From Pseudomonas aeruginosa (GTDB taxonomy: Bacteria; Pseudomonadota; Gammaproteobacteria; Pseudomonadales; Pseudomonadaceae), in NCBI RefSeq assembly GCF_001457615.1, contig NZ_LN831024.1, positions 2,670,001 through 2,702,000 of the forward strand: DNA of 32,000 nt, written 5' to 3'. Position 1 is the first letter of the stretch; each line of letters opens with the position of its first letter. The notes under the pieces are model-generated. The model had not been told where the DNA came from, did not search any database, and worked only from the letters and a program-made list of their open reading frames with translations. Positions 1-8,256 of the stretch are shown here, one piece after another. A program made the translations under genes and the position numbers.

Positions 1-193
1 CGCATTTGCTGCGGTCGGTCTTCTGCGCTTGCGCTTCCAGTTGTTGCTTCTGCAGGCGCTTTTCGCGCAGTTCTTTCTGCGCGGCGCGGAATTCGGCGTT
101 GTACTGCCAGGAGCGTTCGCTGCCGTCCTGGGCCTGGGCAGTGGCGGCGCCGGTCGCCAGCAGGGCGGCCAGCAGCATCGGGATGATCTTCAT
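1..193 (-). CDS. Small putative secreted/periplasmic protein, truncated by the window edge
   Basis: Reverse strand from ATG at 193 reads MKIIPMLLAALLATGAATAQAQDGSERSWQYNAEFRAAQKELREKRLQKQQLEAQAQKTDRSK..., a signal peptide followed by a charged Lys/Gln-rich segment; open at coordinate 1, so absent from the supplied ORF track. Confidence 0.6.
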   Translation of the reverse strand, partial: MKIIPMLLAALLATGAATAQAQDGSERSWQYNAEFRAAQKELREKRLQKQQLEAQAQKTDRSKC

Positions 194-531
194 GGCAAAC
201 CTCTCGGGTTGGCTCGTCGCCGGGGCGAGGTATTCGTCCCGTTTGAGCAAAGAGTAAGAGCGGACGGATTACCCGAGGGTGAGTGGAAAATTACGTTTCC
301 GATAACTTCGGCGATGCTCCGTTGCATGGCGGAGGAGTCTGCGCGAAGCGCATTAAGTGCGAGTTAAGATTGCGGAAAAGTAATCCCCGCCTCATGTCTG
401 CGTCATTTCCCCGGTTCCAGAATCAGCCCCACGGTCAATGCCGGTTGCGGCAGGACTGCGCGGGGGCGCGATCGACCAGAAGTTCACGCACAGCCAGCGC
501 CGCAAGGCATGGCCGCAGAAGAAAAACAGAC

Positions 532-1902
532 ATGAACCGATCTGGAGCAATCGCCATGCAAGGGGATGGAAAGAAACGACTGTGGACGCTTCCACTGCTG
601 CTGGGCGCCGGACTGATGGCCTCGGCCGTCGCCGAGGAGAACGCCGAGCGGAGCAAGGAAGGTTTCATCGAGGGCAGCGAGGTCAACCTGCTGCTGCGCA
701 ACTTCTACTTCAACCGCGACTTCCGCAAGGGCCAATCGAGCCCGGCGGGCGGCGGCTACACCGAGGAGTGGGTGCAGGGCTTCATGGCCAACTTTTCCTC
801 GGGCTTCACCCAGGGCACGCTGGGCGTCGGCATCGACGCCTTCGCCCAGCTCGGCGTGCGCCTGGACAGCGGCGGCGGGCGTTCCGGCGCCGGCGGTAGC
901 GTCGACCTGCTGCCCTATGACGACCAGGGGCGGCCGCAGGACGACTATTCGCGAGCCGGCGGCGCGGTCAAGCTGCGCTGGTACGGCACCGTGCTGCGGG
1001 TCGGCGACGTGTTCCCGGAAACCCCGGTGATCCAGTACGGCAACAGCCGGCTGTTCCCCTCCAGCTTCCGTGGCTTCACCCTGGTCAACGACAGCCTGGC
1101 GAAGGGCCTGACCCTGCAGGCCGGCAAGCTGAACTCGATGACCCAGCCGAACAGCACCAGCGGCAGCGACGACTTCTACAGCTTCTACACCGGCCGGCGC
1201 ATCGACTCGCCGTGGGTCGCCTACGCCGGCGGCGACTACCAGGCCACCGAGCACTGGAGCGTCAGCCTCTACGGCAGCCGCCAGAAGGACGCCTGGGACC
1301 AGTACTACGCCGGCACCAGCTTCAACTATCCGCTGGACGACAAGCTGTCCCTGCTCGGCGGCGCCAACTACTACAAGGTCAAGGACCAGGGCAGGCAGGT
1401 GATGGGCGAACTCGACAACGACATCTGGAGCGTGCGCGGCGGCTTCGCCTACGGTCCGCACCAGGTGCTGCTGTCGTACCAGCGCAACAACGGCGACGAC
1501 GACTTCGACTACCTGCGCCAGACCGACTCCATCTACCTGGACAACTCGATCCAGTACAGCGACTTCAACTCGCCCAAGGAACGCTCGCTGATGCTCCGCT
1601 ACGACCTCGACATGGCCGCCTTCGGCGTGCCGGGGCTGAGCTTCATGACCCGCTATGGCAAGGGCTGGGACGCCGATTATTCGAATGCCAACAGCGTCTA
1701 CATGCGCACCGACGCCAACGGCAACCCGCTGACCAACCAGGGCCGCTGGGAACGCGACGTGGAGGTCAAGTACGTGGTGCAGGGTGGCGCGGCCAAGGAC
1801 CTGGCGTTCCGCGTGCGCCAGGCCACCGTGCGCTCCGACAGCTTCGAGTCGGACCTCGACGAAGTCCGCCTGATCGTCGAATACCCGCTGCAAGTCCTCT
1901 GA
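532..1902 (+). CDS. opdT: OprD-family outer membrane porin (OpdT-like)
   Basis: ATG at 532 inside ORF 283..1902; signal peptide (LWTLPLLLGAGLMASAVAEE) and OprD-type sequence (EGSEVNLLLRNFYFNRDF...EEWVQGFMANFSSGFTQGTLGVGIDAFAQLGVRLD...) ending in a beta-barrel C-terminus (VRLIVEYPLQVL). Symbol inferred from synteny with mexEF-oprN. Confidence 0.82.
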   Translation: MNRSGAIAMQGDGKKRLWTLPLLLGAGLMASAVAEENAERSKEGFIEGSEVNLLLRNFYFNRDFRKGQSSPAGGGYTEEWVQGFMANFSSGFTQGTLGVGIDAFAQLGVRLDSGGGRSGAGGSVDLLPYDDQGRPQDDYSRAGGAVKLRWYGTVLRVGDVFPETPVIQYGNSRLFPSSFRGFTLVNDSLAKGLTLQAGKLNSMTQPNSTSGSDDFYSFYTGRRIDSPWVAYAGGDYQATEHWSVSLYGSRQKDAWDQYYAGTSFNYPLDDKLSLLGGANYYKVKDQGRQVMGELDNDIWSVRGGFAYGPHQVLLSYQRNNGDDDFDYLRQTDSIYLDNSIQYSDFNSPKERSLMLRYDLDMAAFGVPGLSFMTRYGKGWDADYSNANSVYMRTDANGNPLTNQGRWERDVEVKYVVQGGAAKDLAFRVRQATVRSDSFESDLDEVRLIVEYPLQVL

Positions 1903-1910
1903 AGGCGCGC

Positions 1911-1932
1911 CGCCGCCCCGTCCGGGGCGGCG
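1911..1932 (+). terminator. GC-rich hairpin after the porin gene, possible terminator without a U tract
   Basis: CGCCGCCCCG TC CGGGGCGGCG, perfect inverted repeat starting about 9 nt after the porin stop codon. Confidence 0.4.
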
Positions 1933-2153
1933 CTCTGCGACAGCCCGTTGCTGGCGGCTGCGCGGCGGCGCTGCTACTTTCCTCTGGGTAGGCGGGCCGA
2001 AGGGCGGTTCCTGGCCGGGCATGGCTTCGACCTGCCGGTGGGCGCCGCGACCCGAACCTCGGCCACGCCATTCCACCCATGCCGCCCGGGCACCGGCGTG
2101 CCCGTGGCAGCCCAGGCTACGGGCGCCGCGTAGCCAGCCAAGCGGGAGTCGAC

Positions 2154-2771
2154 ATGGCCTCGTGGACCTTGGTGGACGCCAGTGCGATCGCTGTCCGCCA
2201 TCCCTACACCTTCTACAAACCGGACGCGGAGACCATCGACCGGGTCGCCGCCGGGGAAAGCGTCAAGCTGATCTTCGCCTTCGATACCGACAACCCCGAT
2301 GCGCCGCGCGCCGAGCGGCTCTGGGTGACGGTCGAGGGCATCGAGGCGGATGGCGCCTTCAGCGGCCGCCTGGACAACTATCCGCAATACATCCGCGACC
2401 TGTCGCTGGGCGAGCGCATCGTCTTCGAGGCGCGGCACATCATCAACACCGAGCACGACCCGCGGGAAACGCCGATCTCGCGCTATGCCCGGCGCTGCTT
2501 CGTGACGCGCCGGGTGATAGACGAGGGGAAGGCGGTCGGCTACCTCTACCGCGAGGCGCCGGAAGAGGAAAACGACAGCGGCTGGCGGCTGATGGCCGGC
2601 GACGAGTCGGACGACTACATGAATACCGCCGGGACCACCGCCTACGTCAGCCTGGGCTCGGTGCTGAACGCCGACGACAGCATCCTGCCGCTGCTCGACG
2701 CGCCGCCGGGACGGGCGTTCGAGCGGCTGGCCGACGGTTCCTTCATCGAGGTGCAGGGACCGGAGGGTTGA
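2154..2771 (+). CDS. DUF2185 / Imm33-like domain protein
   Basis: ATG at 2154 in ORF 2079..2771 (MASWTLVDASAIAVRHPYTFYKPD...); C-terminal CFVTRRVIDEGKAVGYLYREAPEEENDSGWRLMAGDESDDYMNTAG...VSLGSVLNADDSILPLLDAPPGRAFER resembles DUF2185/Imm33. Confidence 0.7.
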   Translation: MASWTLVDASAIAVRHPYTFYKPDAETIDRVAAGESVKLIFAFDTDNPDAPRAERLWVTVEGIEADGAFSGRLDNYPQYIRDLSLGERIVFEARHIINTEHDPRETPISRYARRCFVTRRVIDEGKAVGYLYREAPEEENDSGWRLMAGDESDDYMNTAGTTAYVSLGSVLNADDSILPLLDAPPGRAFERLADGSFIEVQGPEG

Positions 2772-2774
2772 GCC

Positions 2775-4028
2775 TCAGCCTGGCAGCTCGGCGAGGAAGC
2801 GCTCCAGGCGCTCGGCCAGGGCCAGGTAGTCGTCGGGACTGCGGTTGCTGCCCATCTTTCCCGACCTGACCCGCCTGGCGTCGCTGCGCTCGCGCTCGGC
2901 GCGGCTGGCGAGGGCCAGACGCAGGGCGCTGGCCCTCGCCGGCGACTCCTCCAGCAGCGGTCGCGCCATGATCCGCGCGGCGTCGGCGTCGCCGTATTGC
3001 AGGGCGAGGAGCACCGTATTCGGGTCGGAGATCGCGCCGAGCCGCAACAGGCGTTCGGCCAGGACCGCATCGAGGTGCGCGGCGCCAATCTGCAGGCTGT
3101 CCTGGTGCACCGCGACGCCCTGGTCGAGCAGCCATCTGGCGGCCTCCAGGCGCCCGCGGGCGAGGCAGGCCTCCAGCACACCGCCGCGTCCGCGCAAGGT
3201 TTCGGCGAAGTCGCAGCCGGCATCGCGCAGGCGTTGCAGCAGGTCGATGTCGCCGTCTTGCGCAGCTTCGGCCAGGGCCAGTTGACGCAGCCTTGGCTCG
3301 GCGGCCAGGCTGCCGTCGGCGAGGGCCGGCCGCCAGTCGAGGATGCGCTGGCGCAGCAGGACTTCCAGGCGGCCCTTCAGCGCCTTGCCGGGCTCCCCGG
3401 CGGCCTCCAGGGCGTCCAGCGCTTCCAGTAGCTCGTCGGCCACGCCGCAGGCGTTCTCGGCGTCGAACGGGTCCTGTTCGAAGGACAGCAGGCGGAACAG
3501 CCCGCCGACGTCGTCGGCCAGGCGCGTCACCGAATCCTGGTGCAGGCGTCCGGCCCAGGCCGGCGGCAGGCCGTGGCTCCAGGCGATTACCGCGCCATGC
3601 TCGGGGCCGGGTTCGACGCAGACGTAGAGCCGCTCCAGGTACTCGAAGCCACCGAACGGCAGGTAGGCCAGCTTGCCGTTCCAGTCGCGGCCTTCTTCTG
3701 CCGCGGCTTCTGCCGCCAGCTCGCGCTCGTGTTCGATCCAGCCCCAGAGGTCGTGGTAGCCGTCGCTGTCCGGATAGAACAGTTCGCTGAAAGAGAACGG
3801 GTGGCGGTGGCCGTCGTAGTCGACTTCCAGGTCATAGCCGAGGCGCCCGCCGAAACAGGTGCGCCAGAGGCGTAGCAGGTCTTCTGGAATCGGTCCGGCC
3901 AGGCCTTCGGCAAGACGCTGGACGTGTTCGGCGGACACCGGCGGTTGGGCGTCGTACACCACGCAGCCGTCGAACACGGCCAGGCGATGGGCCAGCAGGA
4001 GTTGGCGTTCGGCGGGGGAGAGTTCCAT
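2775..4028 (-). CDS. SUKH (SMI1/KNR4)-like domain protein with C-terminal ankyrin-type repeats
   Basis: 417-aa ORF; N-terminus VSAEHVQRLAEGLAGPIPEDLLRLWRTCFGGRL...YLPFGGFEYLERLYVCVEPGPEHGAVIAWSHGLPP is SUKH-like; C-terminus (AEAAQDGDIDLLQRLRDAGCDF..., ARGRLEAARWLLDQGVAVH...) is ankyrin-like. Confidence 0.65.
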   Translation of the reverse strand: MELSPAERQLLLAHRLAVFDGCVVYDAQPPVSAEHVQRLAEGLAGPIPEDLLRLWRTCFGGRLGYDLEVDYDGHRHPFSFSELFYPDSDGYHDLWGWIEHERELAAEAAAEEGRDWNGKLAYLPFGGFEYLERLYVCVEPGPEHGAVIAWSHGLPPAWAGRLHQDSVTRLADDVGGLFRLLSFEQDPFDAENACGVADELLEALDALEAAGEPGKALKGRLEVLLRQRILDWRPALADGSLAAEPRLRQLALAEAAQDGDIDLLQRLRDAGCDFAETLRGRGGVLEACLARGRLEAARWLLDQGVAVHQDSLQIGAAHLDAVLAERLLRLGAISDPNTVLLALQYGDADAARIMARPLLEESPARASALRLALASRAERERSDARRVRSGKMGSNRSPDDYLALAERLERFLAELPG

Positions 4029-4145
4029 TCTCTGTGGTCCTGTCGATTCGGGGCGGCCACTCTAGCACGGCGAGGGTGCGCGTTCCGCAACGCCTTGGCT
4101 ATCATGCGCGGCTTTCCATCCGCCCTGGCCGGAGTCCGTCGAACC

Positions 4146-5486
4146 ATGCACACCTTGCAGCAACTGCGCAGCGGCGAACTGGCCGGCGCCACGCGCCTGG
4201 ACCTGTCCTGCGGCCTGCGCGAGTTCCCCCGGGAAATCTTCGAGCTGGCCGACTCCCTGGAGGTGCTCAACCTCAGCGGCAACGCCCTGGACAGCCTGCC
4301 GGACGACCTCGGGCGGCTGCATCGTCTCAAGGTGCTGTTCTGTTCCGCCAACGACTTCGACGAATTGCCGGCGGCGGTGGGGGACTGTCCGGCGCTGAGC
4401 ATGGTCGGCTTCAAGTCCAACCGCATCGAGCGGGTGCCGGCCGCGGCCCTGCCGCCAGCGCTGCGCTGGCTGATCCTCACCGACAACCGGATTGCCACGC
4501 TGCCCGAGGAACTGGGTCGCCGGCCGTTGCAGAAGCTGATGCTGGCCGGCAACCGCCTGGAGGCCTTGCCCGAGAGCATGGCCGCTTGCGAAGGCCTGGA
4601 ACTGCTGCGGATCGCCGCCAACCGTTTCCAGCGCCTGCCGGCCTGGCTGGCGACGCTGCCGCGCCTGGCCTGGCTGGCCTACGCCGGCAACCCGTTGTGC
4701 CGTCTGCCGGCGCTGGCCGACAGCGGCATCGCTGCGCTGGACTGGAGCGAGCTGAGCCTGGACGGTTTGATCGGCGAAGGAGCCTCCGGGGTCATCCATC
4801 GCGCCGGCTGGCACCAGCCGGACGGCTCGACGCGCACGGTGGCGCTGAAGCTGTTCAAGGGCGAAGTGACCAGCGATGGCACCCCCGCCAGCGAGATGGC
4901 CGCCTGCCTGGCGGCGGGGCGCCATGCGCAATTGATCGAGGTGCTCGGCCAGCTCGCCGGGCATCCGCAAGGGCGCGACGGGCTGGTGCTGGAGCTGCTC
5001 GACGACGCCTATCGCAACCTGGCGGGGCCGCCGAGCCTGGAGTCCTGTACCCGCGACGTCTATCCGCCGGGACTGCGCTTCGAGCTGGCCACGGCGCTGC
5101 GCCTGGCGGCCTCGCTCGCCGCGTTGATGGCCCATCTGCATGGACGCGGCATCAGCCATGGCGACTTCTATGCGCATAACATCCTCTGGCGCGAGGATGG
5201 CGCCTGCCTGCTGGGCGATTTCGGCGCCGCGTCCTTTCTCCCGGACGACGCCGTGCTCGCCGGCGCCCTGCGGCGCCTGGAAGTACGTGCCTTCGCCTGC
5301 CTGCTGGAAGAGTTGCTCGAGCGCAGCGAGGCGCCGCCGGGGCAGGCCTCGCTACGTGCGGTGCTGGTCGAGTTGCAGCGACGTTGCGCGCTGCCACGGG
5401 TGAGCGAGCGGCCGGACTTCGGCGAGATCCAGGCGATCTTGCGCGACCTTGCCGCTCGCAGCCAGGCGTTTCCTCAAGTTCGATGA
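4146..5486 (+). CDS. Leucine-rich-repeat protein fused to a eukaryotic-like protein kinase domain
   Basis: ATG at 4146 in ORF 3924..5486. Repeated LxxLxLxxNxLxxLP units (LEVLNLSGNALDSLPDDLG, LQKLMLAGNRLEALPESMA), then kinase-like motifs: IGEGASG, VALKLFK, HGDFYAHNIL, LLGDFGAA. Confidence 0.85.
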   Translation: MHTLQQLRSGELAGATRLDLSCGLREFPREIFELADSLEVLNLSGNALDSLPDDLGRLHRLKVLFCSANDFDELPAAVGDCPALSMVGFKSNRIERVPAAALPPALRWLILTDNRIATLPEELGRRPLQKLMLAGNRLEALPESMAACEGLELLRIAANRFQRLPAWLATLPRLAWLAYAGNPLCRLPALADSGIAALDWSELSLDGLIGEGASGVIHRAGWHQPDGSTRTVALKLFKGEVTSDGTPASEMAACLAAGRHAQLIEVLGQLAGHPQGRDGLVLELLDDAYRNLAGPPSLESCTRDVYPPGLRFELATALRLAASLAALMAHLHGRGISHGDFYAHNILWREDGACLLGDFGAASFLPDDAVLAGALRRLEVRAFACLLEELLERSEAPPGQASLRAVLVELQRRCALPRVSERPDFGEIQAILRDLAARSQAFPQVR

Positions 5487-5589
5487 ATTTGTCCGAAATT
5501 GACCGCAGGCTGATAAATATCAACGCAGTTCTAGCGGGCTTGGAGCTAGACTGACAAGTATGTCAGGAACGCGGCCAACGAGGGTAAAC

Positions 5590-5757
5590 ATGGATTCCTA
5601 CGGCGTCACTTTCGCAATCATCGTGCTGGGCATGCTCTTCATCGGCACGGGTTTCACCAAGCGCGACACGCCGTTCGGCCTGTTCCTCATGTGGGTCGGG
5701 GTGATCTGCATGCTGGCCATCATCAGCTACCGCATCTATATCGCCACCCATTACTGA
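5590..5757 (+). CDS. Small (55 aa) two-transmembrane-helix protein
   Basis: MDSYGVTFAIIVLGMLFIGTGFTKRDTPFGLFLMWVGVICMLAIISYRIYIATHY; two hydrophobic segments. Confidence 0.65.
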   Translation: MDSYGVTFAIIVLGMLFIGTGFTKRDTPFGLFLMWVGVICMLAIISYRIYIATHY

Positions 5758-5800
5758 AGCGCCACCCGCGCCTGCAATGGCGGGCGCGGAGGTCCGCCGC

Positions 5801-7027
5801 TCAGTCGCGCGTCTCGCCCATGGCCCGGGCATAGCCGGACGGGGCGAAGCGCAGGGTCACCAGCAACATCGCCACCACGCTCGCCGCGAGCAGCAGCCAG
5901 GAGGCCTGGAAGCTGCCGGTGACGTCGCGCAGCCAGCCGGTCAGGTAGGGCACGATGCCTGTGATGATGAAGCCGATGCCTTGCACGAAGGCCGCCAGGC
6001 TTCCCGCCGCACGCGGCTCGTGGAGGTGGTCGAGGGTCAGGGTCAGGCTGAGGGCGAAGCAGGCGCCCAGGCCGTAGCCGATCAACGCCACCCACAGTGC
6101 CGCATGCTGTAGCGGCATCAGCAGCAGGCCGCAGAAGCCGCCGAGCTGGACCAGCAGCGCGGCCAGCAGCCAGGGCCGGCGGTCGAGGCGGCGGCGAATC
6201 AGCAGCGGCACGCTGAGCGCGGCGAGCACCTGGAAGATGGTCATGATCCCGACCAGCCCGCCGCTGTCCTGGGCGCTCCAGCCGAGCTGGCGGTAGTACA
6301 CCGGCAACCAGGCCACCATGCTGGTGTAGCCGCCGTTGATCAGCCCGAAATACACCGCCAGCAGCCAGCCACGGCGATTGCCGAAGAAGTGCCGGACCGG
6401 CCCCTCGCCAGCGCTCGGCAGCACCTCCCTTGGCCGCGCGAACATCCACAGCAGCAGCGCCAGCAGGGCCGGTACGGCCCAGGCGCCGAGGCCGGCCTGC
6501 CAGTTGGAGAAGTGTTCGGCGATCCGCGGGCTGAGCACCGCCGCGGTTCCGCCGCCGGCCATCAGCGAGGCCGAGTAGAGGCCCATCGCCGCCGGGACCC
6601 GCCTCGGGAACCAGCGCTTGACCACGCCCGGTACCAGCGCCTGGATGATCGCCACGCCGCTGCCGGCCAGCGCGGCGCTGGCGATCAGCGCCAGCCCGCT
6701 ATCCAGTTCCAGGCGCCAGAGGCAGGCCGCGGCGATGGCCAGCAGTCCGCAGACGATGCCGCGGTGCTCGGCCAGCCAGCGCCCGAGCCAGGGCAGCAAC
6801 AGCGCCACCAGGCCCATGCAGAGCACCGGCAACACCGTCAGCAGCGACGCGCCCTGGAAGCCGAGACCGGTGCCGGCGGTGATTTCCTCGAGCAGCGGGC
6901 CGATGCCGGTGAGGATCGGTCGCAGGTTGATGCCGAGGCAGAAGATCACCAGCAGGCCGACCCAACTGACCTCCGCCGCGCCGACGCCGGTGGCGGCCTG
7001 GCCGCCGGAAGGGATTCGCGCGCTCAT
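5801..7027 (-). CDS. MFS transporter, CynX/NimT family
   Basis: MSARIPSGG...VSWVGLLVIFCLGINLRPILTGIGPLLEEI...; start chosen at 7027 because it gives an ATGA overlap with the upstream deaminase; multiple TM segments and NLRP(I/V)LT motif typical of this family. Confidence 0.85.
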   Translation of the reverse strand: MSARIPSGGQAATGVGAAEVSWVGLLVIFCLGINLRPILTGIGPLLEEITAGTGLGFQGASLLTVLPVLCMGLVALLLPWLGRWLAEHRGIVCGLLAIAAACLWRLELDSGLALIASAALAGSGVAIIQALVPGVVKRWFPRRVPAAMGLYSASLMAGGGTAAVLSPRIAEHFSNWQAGLGAWAVPALLALLLWMFARPREVLPSAGEGPVRHFFGNRRGWLLAVYFGLINGGYTSMVAWLPVYYRQLGWSAQDSGGLVGIMTIFQVLAALSVPLLIRRRLDRRPWLLAALLVQLGGFCGLLLMPLQHAALWVALIGYGLGACFALSLTLTLDHLHEPRAAGSLAAFVQGIGFIITGIVPYLTGWLRDVTGSFQASWLLLAASVVAMLLVTLRFAPSGYARAMGETRD

Positions 7028-7479
7028 GCCTGGCGTTGCCGCCATTGCCGGTACAGACCCTCTTCGCCGGCAGGACGCAGGGCGCGTAGCGGCAGGCTCT
7101 GCCGCTGTGGCGGGCGCGCCATCTCGGCGTAGAGCGTGGCCGTGGACAGGCCGAACGCTTCGCCGTCCTCGTTGGAATAGGCGAACCAGGCCGCCTGGAT
7201 GCCGCAGAGATGCATGGCGGCCAGACACATCGGGCAGGGATGGCCGCTGGCGTAGATCACACAACCGTCCAGACGCGGGCTGCCGAGCGCCTGACTGGCC
7301 TGGCGGATCGCCTGCAGTTCGGCGTGGGCACTGGGATCGTGGGTCTCGTGGATCTGGTTGACGCCGCGGGCCAGGACCCGCCCGTCGCGCACCAGCACGG
7401 CGCCGAACGGGCGGCCGCCGGCCTCGACGTTGGCGCGGGCGAGGGCGATGGCCTCGCGCATGAAGATTTCATCGGACAT
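7024..7479 (-). CDS. Nucleoside/guanine deaminase-like zinc-dependent deaminase
   Basis: HAE (SAHAELQAIRQA) and PCPMC (SGHPCPMCLAAM) zinc/catalytic motifs. An alternative start at 7500 exists. Confidence 0.87.
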   Translation of the reverse strand: MSDEIFMREAIALARANVEAGGRPFGAVLVRDGRVLARGVNQIHETHDPSAHAELQAIRQASQALGSPRLDGCVIYASGHPCPMCLAAMHLCGIQAAWFAYSNEDGEAFGLSTATLYAEMARPPQRQSLPLRALRPAGEEGLYRQWRQRQA

Positions 7480-7496
7480 GTCTTTCTCCTTCGCTT

Positions 7497-8162
7497 TCAT
7501 TGGGCGCCGGCGGCCAGCAGCAGCCGCTCGATCCCGCCCTGGCCGCGCTGGCGGGCGTGGGCCAGCGGGCTGACGCCGTCGGCATCGGCCAGGTTGACGT
7601 CGGCGCCGGCGTCGATCAGCAGGCGCACGATCTCCTGGTGGCGCGGACCACCGTCACTCAGCAGGATCGCCTCGAGCAGCCCGGTCCAGCCGAGCTTGTT
7701 GACATGGTTGGGATCGACCCCGGCTTGCAGCAGCGTCTTCACCACTTCCACATGGCCGCGTTCGCAGGCCGGGATCAGCGCGGTGCCGCCATAGCGGTTG
7801 GTACTCTTCAGGTCGGCGCCGTGGAGCAGGGTCAGGCGCAGGATTTCCAGGCGGCCCTCGGCGCCGGCCAGCAGATACGGGCTGTCGAGCCGGCTGTTCT
7901 GCCGGTTGACGTCGGCGCCGGCCTCGATCAACTGGCGCGCCACCGCCAGGTGGTCGTTGGCGGTGGCCAGCAGCAGCGGGGTGCTGCCGTCGGCGCTGGG
8001 CGCGTCGACCTCGACCTTGCGTTCGAGCAGGCTGGCGACCTGCGCGGTATCGCCGCGACGCGCGGCTTCGAGCAATGCTCCGGCGTCGCTCGCGCCGGCG
8101 CCTCCGCTGAATGCTGCGCAGACCAGCATGGCTCCGCTCCTGCATAGATTGGCCAGGGACAT
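7497..8162 (-). CDS. Exported ankyrin-repeat protein
   Basis: 221 aa with signal-peptide-like N-terminus (LCRSGAMLVCAAFSGGAGASDA) and repeats such as DGSTPLLLATANDHLAVARQLIEAGADVN, YGGTALIPACERGHVEVVKTLLQAGVDPN. Confidence 0.85.
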   Translation of the reverse strand: MSLANLCRSGAMLVCAAFSGGAGASDAGALLEAARRGDTAQVASLLERKVEVDAPSADGSTPLLLATANDHLAVARQLIEAGADVNRQNSRLDSPYLLAGAEGRLEILRLTLLHGADLKSTNRYGGTALIPACERGHVEVVKTLLQAGVDPNHVNKLGWTGLLEAILLSDGGPRHQEIVRLLIDAGADVNLADADGVSPLAHARQRGQGGIERLLLAAGAQ

Positions 8163-8256
8163 GTCGATGGGCTCCGATAGGCGTTGGCGAAAAGTATGGC
8201 GTCGATGTCATGTATGCTGAAATTAAATGATGTAATGCCTTTCAGTGGGAGTGTGC

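Noticed and set aside
484-2076. 530-aa minus-strand ORF opposite the porin
   Set aside because: Antisense shadow ORF; the porin frame has a signal peptide and family similarity, this one does not.
4062-5177. 371-aa minus-strand ORF opposite the LRR-kinase
   Set aside because: Shadow ORF in high-GC DNA; Gln/Arg/His-rich with no family resemblance.
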